From: an uncultured delta proteobacterium
GTDB lineage: Bacteria; Myxococcota; UBA727; VGSZ01
DNA: 64,000 nucleotides
Assembly (NCBI GenBank): GCA_963775425.1
Contig: CAVZJB010000018.1
Location: 1 to 64,000 of the forward strand
Reading direction: 5' to 3'
Shown here: positions 1 through 8,454 of the stretch, in pieces
Layout: the number at the start of each line of letters is the position of its first letter
How positions within the stretch are numbered: position 1 is the stretch's first letter
Made by a program: the position numbers and the translations under genes
Notes under the pieces: generated by a model
Seen by the model: only the letters and a program-made list of their open reading frames with translations
Databases searched by the model: none
What the model was told of the DNA's origin: nothing

Positions 1-1276
1 AACAGCCCCGGCGTGCAGCGCGAAGGAATCACCGCGCACGCGAAGGCGCACGGCCTCCACCTCGTCGACGTGCTTGTGCTGGAGGAGAGCGCGAAGTCGT
101 CCGAGGCGCGCGTGAAGTTCCACGCCGCGCTCGCCCGCGCGAAGAAAGACAAGGTGCGGCACCTGATCTTCTGGGTGTGGGATCGCAGCACGCGAAACTT
201 CACCGACTACGAGCTGCTCGAAGACCTCATCCGCCGCGACGAGGCCGTCCTTCACGTGGCTCATGAGCGGTGGCAACTTTTCGCGGGGTCCGACGAGGGC
301 GACTGGCTGAAGGCCGAGATGAACACGCTCGTCGCCAAGACGTACTCGCGCCAGCTCTCGCGTCGCGCGAAGGAGTCGCAGGACGCGAAGGCGAAGGACG
401 GCTGGTACCCGACGCGTCCGCCGCTCGGCTACAAGAACACGAAGCTCGTCGGCGCCAACGGCGCCGTGAGAGACCGCGGCGGCACCATCGATCTGCTCCC
501 TGCCGGGCGGACGCTGCTGCGCCGCATGTACGAGCTGCGGATCGCCGGCCACTCGCTCGAGGCGATCGGCGAGACCATCGTGAAGGAAGGACTGTGGGCC
601 GCGCTCGGCCGGCGCAACCGCCGCGTGCTGCGCGGCGACGTCGAGCGCTTGCTCAAGGACGAGTTCTACGTTGGCTGGTTCACGTGGCGCGACGAGCGCT
701 ACCGCGGCAAGCACGACACGGTGTTCACCGTCGACGAATGGGAGCGCCTCCAAGCGACGTTCGGGCGCGCGCCGTACGGCTCGCCGCTCGAGACGGGCGG
801 CGCGTTGTCGGGCTTCCTGCTCTGCGCCGAGTGCGGCTGCCGCATCACCTACGACCCGAAGATCAAGCCCGACGGCCGCCGCTACGACTACTACCGATGC
901 ACGAACGGCCACGGTGTGCACGCGAAGCGCGTCCACGTCACCGAGGCGCGGCTCCTCGCGCAGTTCGAGGCGGCCATCGCGAACATCGAGATGCCGCACG
1001 CGCTCGCCGACGAGATTTCACGCGTGCTGCGCGAGACGCACGAGGTCGTGCGCACCGAGCGACGCCGCGAGATCGCCGCGCTCAAGCGCACCGTGGACGA
1101 CGTGCAGGCGCGCGAGGACAAGATCGTGGCGATGTACGTCGACGGCAAGCTCGACGACGTCACCTACGCTCGACAGCGCGACATGCTCTTGAGCGAGAAG
1201 CACGCGGCGCTCGACCGCCTCAGCGCCGCCAACGACGAGCTCGACGACAAATACCTCGTCACCGCCGACCGAGCTT

Positions 1277-3317
1277 GCCGGGATAGGCCACCGCCGACGC
1301 CATCGTCGACGGTGGGCCCCCCACAGATCCGGACGTGCAGATTTCCTGCATCCGGCTCCTTGAGCTACGGCTTCGCTGCGGCGACCCGGTATCGCGTCGC
1401 GGTGGTCGGTCGTGGCAGCGGATACCGCTCGAGCAGCAGCTTGAAGCGCGTCCACGGCATGTCGCGCTCGTTCGAGCGACGATTCAGCCAGTAGCGCCAG
1501 ATGCGCCCGAGCCAGTAGCGCACCGCGGAGAGCGCGCGACTATTCCCGGGGACGCCGTAGTAGCCGTCGTACCCGATGAGCTTCTTGGTGATCTGCTCGT
1601 GTTGCTCGGCGACCGACCAGTGTCGCGCCGCCTTGCACCATGAGGAGAGCTCCTTCAGCTTCAGCCGCAGCCTCTTCGCTTCGGTGTTGCGCATGATTGC
1701 CCGCCCCCCTCGCCTCGTGCTGCCCCAGTAGTGGGTGAAGCCGAGGAAGCTGAAGGTACCGGGCTGCTCACCGTCGTCATCGCGGCCCTTCCTCTCCGAG
1801 CCGTGGACGGGTCGCTTGAAGCGTACCTGCCGCGTCTTTTCGGAGTGGAGCGTGAGCCCGAACTTGCAGAACCGCTTCGGCAGCACGTTCATCACGCGGC
1901 GCGCATCTTCTTCGCTGTCGACGACAATCACCGCATCGTCGGCATACCGCACAAGGAACGCCCTGCGCGAAAGCCGTGGTGCAATCTCGTCTTCGAACCA
2001 CTCGTCGAGGACGTGGTGTAGGAAGATGTTTGCCAGGATCGGCGAGACAACCCCGCCTTGCGGCGTGCCGTCGATGGAGCGCTCGAAGAGCCCTCTCTCG
2101 AAGACACCCGCTTTCAGCCAACTACCAATCGCCTGACGGATCACGCCGTCACACACCCTGAGATCGAGAAAGCGCCGCAAGTGATCGTGCCCGAGGCTGT
2201 CGAAGAAGCTTCGGATATCAATCTCGATCACGAACCCACCCTTCATCGTTGTCAGTCCGGCACGAAGCGCATCGAGCGCGTCGTGTTGACTCCGTCGAGG
2301 GCGGAAGCCGTACGAGCAGTCTCGAAACTGTTGCTCGTACACAGCCTCGAGGAACATCGCGACCGCCCTCTGCAGCACCTTGTCCTCGAAGGTCGGGACC
2401 CCGATTGGGCGCGTCTTCGAACCGTCGCCCTTCGGGATGTGCACGCGCCTCACGGGCGGCGCGCGATACGTGCGGGATCTGAAGCGTGCGTGGAGCGCGA
2501 CGAGGTTCTCCTCGAGATTCGCCGCGTACTCGCTCGCCACAACACCGTCGACACCGCTGGCGCCGTCCTTGCGCGTTCGCCGATATGCCTCTCTCAACCA
2601 CTCGACGTCGATGAGGTGGTTCACGCTCGTGATCACCTCTTGCGGACGCTCACGCGCCCTCATCGCTATTCGCTCGAGTTTCGTGGCGACGCTGATCGGA
2701 GCGAGTGGCTCCGGCGCCTTTCCTTCGAGCGATTCCGTAGCCCGACGCGCGCCTTTCCTCGACGGGGTCCCTCGGGTTGGTTCCCCCGCTTCAACGGTCG
2801 TACTCGCGCGCTCCGACTTCCCGCCGTCCATCGCCGAGACCCCTTGCGGGGCACGCTTCTTTTCCTCGCGCATCGGCTTACCTCGAGTGCGTCTCTTTCG
2901 TTCCCGTCGACGTCGACGCGCCGCCGTGGGCCTGGAGCGCGTTCACTGCGGCCGCTCCTGACGCCGCTGATTTACTCGTGGAGACGGCGGGATCTCCCAG
3001 GTTCCTGGGCGATCCCTTGCTGCATGCCGTGTTCTCAGACCCCGGCGGTCCGACGACGTCTAACATGACGACGTCGTCGCTGTTGCCTTCCCTGGTTCGA
3101 ACGAGGTCGGCACCGCGTGTATGGCTTTTCGAGGCTCAATCGCACGGCCTACGTGCTCGCTGTCTACGCTTCGTGGGACGAGTCACCTCGTCGCTGCACG
3201 CAAGACTCGCTTCGGCGCGGTCGTCAGCCTTACGCCGGCGGGGACTCTCACCCCGCGGGATCACAGATGGGGTTTCAGCTCATCTCATCCTCCCCAACCA
3301 GGCTTCTCCTGGCGCAA
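1277..3317 (-). mobile_element. Group II intron (IIB-like, ORF without an En domain)
   Basis: Minus strand starts TTGCGCCAGG at 3317. Domain V GAGCCGGATGCAGGAAATCTGCACGTCCGGATC (~1326-1358) has the AGC triad and is followed by a domain VI hairpin ending CCTATCCCGGC at 1277. Contains an RT ORF, and removal restores the host ORF. Confidence 0.92.
1365..2873 (-). CDS. ltrA: Group II intron reverse transcriptase/maturase (true start probably nearer 2717 or 2663)
   Basis: PVRRVHIPK, RPIGVPTFEDKVLQ, SYGFRP, GTPQGGVVSPILAN, RYADD, FLGFTH and domain X; no C-terminal HNH. Confidence 0.95.
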   Translation of the reverse strand: MREEKKRAPQGVSAMDGGKSERASTTVEAGEPTRGTPSRKGARRATESLEGKAPEPLAPISVATKLERIAMRARERPQEVITSVNHLIDVEWLREAYRRTRKDGASGVDGVVASEYAANLEENLVALHARFRSRTYRAPPVRRVHIPKGDGSKTRPIGVPTFEDKVLQRAVAMFLEAVYEQQFRDCSYGFRPRRSQHDALDALRAGLTTMKGGFVIEIDIRSFFDSLGHDHLRRFLDLRVCDGVIRQAIGSWLKAGVFERGLFERSIDGTPQGGVVSPILANIFLHHVLDEWFEDEIAPRLSRRAFLVRYADDAVIVVDSEEDARRVMNVLPKRFCKFGLTLHSEKTRQVRFKRPVHGSERKGRDDDGEQPGTFSFLGFTHYWGSTRRGGRAIMRNTEAKRLRLKLKELSSWCKAARHWSVAEQHEQITKKLIGYDGYYGVPGNSRALSAVRYWLGRIWRYWLNRRSNERDMPWTRFKLLLERYPLPRPTTATRYRVAAAKP

Positions 3318-3485
3318 TCGAACTGGCCAAGCAGGCGAGAACGCTATGGAACCAGCGCATCCCCTCAGAGAAGCGCAAACTGCTCGAGATGGTGCTTTCG
3401 AACCCGCGCCTCGACGGCGCATCCCTGCGTTAGGAAATGAAAAAACCCTTCGCCGTGCTCTCGGAAATGACGAAGGGCGAAGGAT

Positions 3486-3509
3486 TGGCGCGCCCGGCGG
3501 GATTCGAAC
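3486..3509 (-). mobile_element. tRNA 3'-end fragment (Arg-like), candidate att site or island boundary
   Basis: Minus strand GTTCGAATCCCGCCGGGCGCGCCA = T-loop, T-stem 3' side, acceptor 3' strand and CCA, directly after the recombinase. No anticodon or D arm upstream. Confidence 0.72.
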
Positions 3510-3602
3510 GTCGACGCTGCTCGGTTCGACGATGCCGCGCCAGGGAGCGCGCGCCGCAGGGCGGCGGCGGAGGCTCCCGCAGCGCCACGCGCTGTGGACC
3601 GG

Positions 3603-3687
3603 TCGAGGAATTCCGCGGAGTGCCCCTTGTACGCGTGGCGCGAGGAGAGCCGGAGTCGCCGGCCAAGGCGTGCGCGGTCTGTTGAGC
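3603..3687. repeat. Dispersed ~85-bp repeat, copy 1
   Basis: Aligns by eye with 23261-23346 (TCGAGGAwTTCCGCGGAGTGCCCC...AGGCGTGCGCGGTC), about ten differences. Confidence 0.85.
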
Positions 3688-3761
3688 CGAGGGCTGACGA
3701 CGAGACCGTGGATGCGCCGGTGGAGGAGCGTCGCCGGACCAGGCGACGCGGCCCATTCCAT

Positions 3762-4235
3762 TCAGGAGCGGCCAATCGAGCGCACCAGCTCCCCCGCCCG
3801 CTGCAGCGTCAGCTTCACCTCCGGCCCCACGCGCCCCTCGGAGAGCACCTCGCCGGTGGCGTCGTCGACGCAGCTCCAGGTGGAGCGCGGATCGTCCTCG
3901 TCGGTGGAGCGGTCGAGGCTCACGCGCACCCGGCGGCCGTCGTCGTCGAGGAGCGTGAAGCTCTTGTGCACCTGGGCGCGCGCGTGCTGCGCGTGGCGCT
4001 CGAGCACCTCGCCGGCGGTCTTCACGAGCGTGGCGAAGTCCTTCTGGTTGAGCGGCTTGGGGTTCTTCTTGTCGCGCCCCATGGTCCAGGGGCCGACGAG
4101 CGCCGGCTCGTCGTCACCGACGCGGGTCATCTCCACCGCCCAGCCCTCGTCGTCCTCGTTCTTGATGACCCGGGCAATCCAGCCGTTCTTCCGCCAGAGC
4201 CGGTCTTCCTCCGTGGTCTCGTCGGTCGCGTTCAT
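3762..4235 (-). CDS. Hypothetical protein
   Basis: GGAGG 5 nt before the ATG; protein-like composition (WRKNGWIARVIKNEDDEGWAVEM...VGPWTMGRDKKNPKPL). Confidence 0.75.
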   Translation of the reverse strand: MNATDETTEEDRLWRKNGWIARVIKNEDDEGWAVEMTRVGDDEPALVGPWTMGRDKKNPKPLNQKDFATLVKTAGEVLERHAQHARAQVHKSFTLLDDDGRRVRVSLDRSTDEDDPRSTWSCVDDATGEVLSEGRVGPEVKLTLQRAGELVRSIGRS

Positions 4236-4301
4236 GAGTACCTCCATCTGGAACATCGTCGCGGACAATCGAAATTTGCGCGGCGGCCAAGGCGGCGCGC
4301 G

Positions 4302-5120
4302 CTAGCGGCCCCGGAACGCCGGCGGCCGCTTCTCGGCGAACGCCGCGATGGCCTCGGCGAGATCCTCCGACGCGAGGAACGCGGCGTTCCACGTCGCCAC
4401 GCCGCGCAGGCCGGCAGCAATCTCGTCCTCGATGCGGGCGTTCATCACGCGCTTGACGCCTTGTACGACCAGCGGCGGGTTGGCCGCGATCTGCGCCGCC
4501 ATCGCGCGGGCGCCGGCAAAGAGCGCCGCGTCGTCGTCGAAGATTTCGTTCACGAGCCCGAGCGCCAACGCGCGCGCGGCGTCGACGTCCTTGCCCGTGA
4601 GCGCCAGCTCGCGCGTGGCGCCCTCGCCGATGATGTGCGGCAGACGCTGGAGGCTCCCGACGTCCGCCACCATCGCCACCTTCACCTCGCGCAGACTGAA
4701 GACCGCGCCGCGCGCGCACAGGCGCATGTCGCACGCGGCGGCGAGGTCGAGGCCGCCGCCGATGCACCACCCGTGCACCGCGGCGATCACGGGCTTACGG
4801 CAGCGAAAGACCGCGTCCGGCCCCGCCTGCATCCCCGCGATGACCTCGAGGAGGCGCCGCCTCTCCACCGCGCCGGCGCTCGTGGACACCACCGCCGCGA
4901 GCTCGCCCGCCATCGCCATGAGATCGAGCCCGTAGCAGAACGACTTGCCGCTGCCGCGCACGACGACGGCGCGCACGGCGTCGTCGGCGTCGAGCGCGCG
5001 GAAGACCTCGGGGCACTCGCGCCAGAAGTCCGGGCCCATGGCGTTGCCCTTGCCCGGCCCCTTGAGCGTGACCTCGGCGATCCCGTCCGCGACGACGACA
5101 TCGATGGCGATGTGTTCCAT
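4302..5120 (-). CDS. Enoyl-CoA hydratase/isomerase (crotonase) family
   Basis: FCYGLDL, KPVIAAVHGWCIGGGLDL, EKRPPAFRG. Confidence 0.92.
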   Translation of the reverse strand: MEHIAIDVVVADGIAEVTLKGPGKGNAMGPDFWRECPEVFRALDADDAVRAVVVRGSGKSFCYGLDLMAMAGELAAVVSTSAGAVERRRLLEVIAGMQAGPDAVFRCRKPVIAAVHGWCIGGGLDLAAACDMRLCARGAVFSLREVKVAMVADVGSLQRLPHIIGEGATRELALTGKDVDAARALALGLVNEIFDDDAALFAGARAMAAQIAANPPLVVQGVKRVMNARIEDEIAAGLRGVATWNAAFLASEDLAEAIAAFAEKRPPAFRGR

Positions 5121-5238
5121 GCGGCCCCTTAGCGCGCCGCAGTCACCCCGGATACCACCTGGACGCCGGCCACGCCCATGCGTCGCCGTGGGCCGAAGCG
5201 CTGATGGCACCCCGACGCGCGCCATCCGATGCTGCCGG

Positions 5239-5691
5239 TCAGCGGCGGGCGACGGACCCGGGCCGCGCCTTCTTCGCGCGCGCTTTCCTGGCCGGCGCCT
5301 TCCTCGCCGTCTTCTCCGCCGTCTTCTTCCCCGCCTTCTTCGCGGCCTTCTTCTTGGGAGGGAGCGTCGCCGTGTAGGCCAGGGCGCGCTCGAGCCAGGC
5401 GCGCAGCTGTCTCGTGTCGCCGATGACGTCGTCGGGGAGCACGAGCGCGTCCGCCATCGTGCGGCCGTTGCCCATGGGGTCGAACGGGACGGCGCCGAGG
5501 GCGAGCGCTTTGTGTTGGTCCGCGGGCGAGAGCTTCACCATCACGCTGCGCGCCCACAGGCCGCCGAGCATGTTGCCGTTCACCGTGGCGCAGATGGAGC
5601 CGAACATCGGGATGGTCACAAGGCGCGGATCGTCGGGCAGCGCCTCGAGGAACAGCGGGTGGTGCTCTTTGGGGATCTTGACCCAGGCCAT
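5239..5691 (-). CDS. TfoX N-terminal domain protein with Lys/Ala-rich tail
   Basis: MFG...VNGNM, FDPMG, WLERALAYTATLPPK followed by KKAAKKAGKK. Confidence 0.75.
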   Translation of the reverse strand: MAWVKIPKEHHPLFLEALPDDPRLVTIPMFGSICATVNGNMLGGLWARSVMVKLSPADQHKALALGAVPFDPMGNGRTMADALVLPDDVIGDTRQLRAWLERALAYTATLPPKKKAAKKAGKKTAEKTARKAPARKARAKKARPGSVARR

Positions 5692-5702
5692 GGCGAGCCT
5701 CC

Positions 5703-6758
5703 TCAGGGGACGTCGATGCGTCCCGCGTCGAGCATGCGGCACGCCTTGGCCGCGATGACGGCGACGGCGAAGCCGAGGGTGGCGAAGCGCTGGTCGGCGG
5801 TGAAGCCCTTGGCGAAGCGGAAATAGATTTGCTGCGCAATCACCGCGACCTTGAAGTGCGCCAGCATCACGTGGAACAGCAGGTCCTCCGCGGCGCGCCC
5901 GGTCTTTTCCTCGTAGCGCGCCACCACCTCTTTGCGCGTCAGGTTGCCCGGCAGGTAGGTGAGGCCGAGCGGCAACATGCGCACCGCCGGGTCGTCGCCC
6001 TCTTCGATCCAATACGCCAGCGACGTCGCCAGGTCCGTCATCGGGTCCCCGACGGTGGCGAGCTCCCAGTCGAGCACGCCGACGATGCGGGTGACGTCGT
6101 CTTCGGCAAAGACGCAGTTGTCGTACTTGAAGTCGTTGTGGACGACGGTGACCCGCCCCTTCGTCGCCGGCACGTTGTCACCGAGCCACGACGAGAGGCG
6201 CTCCATGTCGCTCACCTCGTCCGTCTTGGCCTTCTCGTAGCGCGCACGCCAGCCGTCCACCTGCCGCTGCACGTAGCCCTCGGGCTTGCCAATGCCCGAC
6301 AGCCCGCTGTCGTCGACGTCGACGGCGTGGAGCGCCGCCAGCGCGTCGACGAAGCTCTCCGACAGCGCCCGCATCACCGGCGGCGACAAATCCAGGTCCT
6401 TCGGCGGCTTGCTGCGCAGGATGCGCCCACGCAGGCGCTCCATGGCGAAGAACGGCACGCCCGCGACGCTCTCGTCGTCGACGATCAACAGCGGCTCCGG
6501 CGCCGGCGGGTACACCGGGTGGAGCTTCTCGAGCAGGCGCGCCTCGCGGACGACGTCGTGCGCGCCGGACTTGATGTGCGCGGCCCCCGGCGGCGGCAGG
6601 CGCACGATGACCTCGCGCGCGCTCCCCTTGGCCAGCAGGGTGATGTTCGAGTAGCCGCCGCTCAGCTTCTCGACGACGGCGCCCTCGCCCACCACCGGCG
6701 CCACCGCCGCCGCGATCCTGGCGTTGCGCGCGGCGTCGGCGTCCTCCGGGGCGCTCAA
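5703..6758 (-). CDS. APH-family phosphotransferase (acyl-CoA dehydrogenase-associated)
   Basis: GGYSN, AHDVVRE, HNDFKYDN, VLDWE; TTG start overlaps the upstream TGA. Confidence 0.88.
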   Translation of the reverse strand: MSAPEDADAARNARIAAAVAPVVGEGAVVEKLSGGYSNITLLAKGSAREVIVRLPPPGAAHIKSGAHDVVREARLLEKLHPVYPPAPEPLLIVDDESVAGVPFFAMERLRGRILRSKPPKDLDLSPPVMRALSESFVDALAALHAVDVDDSGLSGIGKPEGYVQRQVDGWRARYEKAKTDEVSDMERLSSWLGDNVPATKGRVTVVHNDFKYDNCVFAEDDVTRIVGVLDWELATVGDPMTDLATSLAYWIEEGDDPAVRMLPLGLTYLPGNLTRKEVVARYEEKTGRAAEDLLFHVMLAHFKVAVIAQQIYFRFAKGFTADQRFATLGFAVAVIAAKACRMLDAGRIDVP

Positions 6759-7957
6759 GGCATCTCCAGACCGGCGCGCTTGAGCGCGCGGCGGGCCACC
6801 GACGCGAGGTGCACCTCGTCGGGGCCGTCGTAGATGCGGGCGGCGCGCTCGTGGCGCCACCAGAAGGCGAGCGGCGTGTCGTCGGTGACGCCCAGCGCGC
6901 CGTGGGCCTGGATGGCGCGGTCGAGCACGCGTTGCAGCGTGTTGGCGACGAGCACCTTGATGAGGCTGACGTCGTCACGGGCGGCCTTTTGCCCCTCGGC
7001 GTCGATGCGCCACGCGGCGTGGAGCACCATCAGGCGCGCCGCCTGGATCTCCATGCGGCTGCGCGCGATCCACTCCTGCACGACGTGCTGCTGCCCGAGC
7101 GCGCGGAACGGCGCGATGGGCCGGTTGACGGCGCGCTCGACGAGGAGGTCGTAGGCGCGCGCGCAGATGCCGAGCCAGCGCATGCAGTGGTGGATGCGGC
7201 CCGGCCCGAGGCGCTCCTGCGCGATGGCGAAGCCCTCGCCTGCGCCGCCGAGCAGGTTGTCGACGGGGACGCGCACGTCTTCGTAGACGAGCTCCGCGTG
7301 GCTGGCCCAGCCCGCGCCGGGCTCGCCCATCACCGAGATGTTGCGCACGCGCTTTACGCCGGGCGTGTCGAGGGGCACGAGGATCATCGAGGCGCGCTTG
7401 TGCGGCGGCGCGTCCTCGTCGGTGACGGCCATGACGACGGCGAAGGCGGCGCCGTCGGCGGACGAGGTGAACCACTTGTGTCCGTCGATGACCCACTGCC
7501 CGCCGTCGCGGCGCGCCGTGGTGTCAAGCCAGGTGGGGTTGCTGCCCGGGCGATCGGGCTCTGTCATGGAGAAGCACGAACGCACGCGGCCGTCGACGAG
7601 AGGCGCGAGGAACTCCTCGCGCTGCGCCGGCGTGGCGTGGTCCTTCAAGATCTCCATGTTGCCCGCGTCCGGCGCCTGCGCGTTCACGACGTAGTGGCCG
7701 AACGGCGACGTTCCGAGCGCCTCCGACACGAACCCGAATTCGAGGAGCGACAAGCCGCGCCCGCCGAGCTCCTTGGGGAGGTGCGGCGCCCACAGCCCGC
7801 GCGCCTTGGCCTCGTCGCGCAGGGCCGCGAGCGTGGGCGCGGCGGCGGTGAAGCCGCCGGCGAGGACGTCCTTCTCGGCGGGGCGCACGCGCTCGACGAG
7901 GAAGCGGTTGATGTCGTCGAGGACCGGCTTGACCGTCTCGGGGAGGGCGAAGTCCAT
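6755..7957 (-). CDS. Acyl-CoA dehydrogenase (ACAD10/11-like)
   Basis: APDAGNMEIL, FSMTEP, GHKWFTS, AQERLGPGRIHHCMR, RIYDGPDEVH. Confidence 0.95.
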   Translation of the reverse strand: MDFALPETVKPVLDDINRFLVERVRPAEKDVLAGGFTAAAPTLAALRDEAKARGLWAPHLPKELGGRGLSLLEFGFVSEALGTSPFGHYVVNAQAPDAGNMEILKDHATPAQREEFLAPLVDGRVRSCFSMTEPDRPGSNPTWLDTTARRDGGQWVIDGHKWFTSSADGAAFAVVMAVTDEDAPPHKRASMILVPLDTPGVKRVRNISVMGEPGAGWASHAELVYEDVRVPVDNLLGGAGEGFAIAQERLGPGRIHHCMRWLGICARAYDLLVERAVNRPIAPFRALGQQHVVQEWIARSRMEIQAARLMVLHAAWRIDAEGQKAARDDVSLIKVLVANTLQRVLDRAIQAHGALGVTDDTPLAFWWRHERAARIYDGPDEVHLASVARRALKRAGLEMP

Positions 7958-8042
7958 GGCGCCGCTTTCGCCCGCCCGGGCGCGGCGCGCAACCACCGCG
8001 CGGCGGCGCGCGAACGCGAGCGCCCGCGCCCTGGGGGGCGCT

Positions 8043-8414
8043 ATGCTGCGCGCGGTGTTGACGCGAATCGACCATGTGCAGCTCGCGATGCCGACCGGCG
8101 GCGAGGACGTCGCGAGGCGCTTCTTCGTCGAGGTGCTCGGCATGCGTGAGCTCGCCAAGCCGGCGCCGCTCGCGGTGCGCGGCGGCTGCTGGTTCAAGGA
8201 CGGCGCCGTGGAGCTCCACCTCGGGGTGGAGCGCGACTTCCGTCCGGCGAAGAAGGCGCACCCCGCGCTCCGGGTCGAGGACTTCGACGCGCTGCGGGAG
8301 CGGTTGCGCGCCGCCGGCGTCGATGTGCGCGACGACGACGAGCTGGCCGGCGTGCGCCGCTTCTTCATCGACAATCCGTTCGGCAACCGCATCGAGCTCA
8401 TCGCCGACGCGTGA
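8043..8414 (+). CDS. VOC/glyoxalase family protein
   Basis: IDHVQLAMP, ELHLGVE, HPALRV, NPFGNRIEL. Confidence 0.9.
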   Translation: MLRAVLTRIDHVQLAMPTGGEDVARRFFVEVLGMRELAKPAPLAVRGGCWFKDGAVELHLGVERDFRPAKKAHPALRVEDFDALRERLRAAGVDVRDDDELAGVRRFFIDNPFGNRIELIADA

Positions 8415-8454
8415 CGCCTTGCGCCGCGCGATTCGACGACGGGAGCATACGCGA

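Larger units (their letters stand above)
1..3433 (+). pseudogene. Large serine recombinase/integrase, 5'-truncated by the window and split by an antisense group II intron (exons <1-1276 and 3318-3433)
   Basis: Resolvase-like N-terminus (ESAKS, WDRSTRN), recombinase domain (PPLGY, LLKDEFYVG), Zn ribbon (LSGFLLCAECG...YYRC) and coiled coil. Joining 1276 to 3318 restores the frame ...TADRAFELAKQARTLW...SNPRLDGASLR*; the same frame continues EMKKPF after the TAG. Confidence 0.88.

Noticed and set aside
13-1494. 493-aa ORF as an intact recombinase
   Set aside because: Residues after ADRA are read from antisense intron sequence, and the N-terminus lies outside the window.
1365-2873. RT as a retron, DGR or defence RT
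   Set aside because: Domain V/VI RNA, the maturase domain and precise interruption of a host ORF identify a group II intron.
3486-3562. Complete tRNA-Arg gene
   Set aside because: Only the last 24 nt are tRNA-like; no anticodon or D arm can be formed.
5703-7957. APH genes as antibiotic resistance (also 32114-33130)
   Set aside because: The first is coupled to an acyl-CoA dehydrogenase as in ACAD10/11-type pairs and the second resembles sugar kinases; both are ordinary metabolic contexts.
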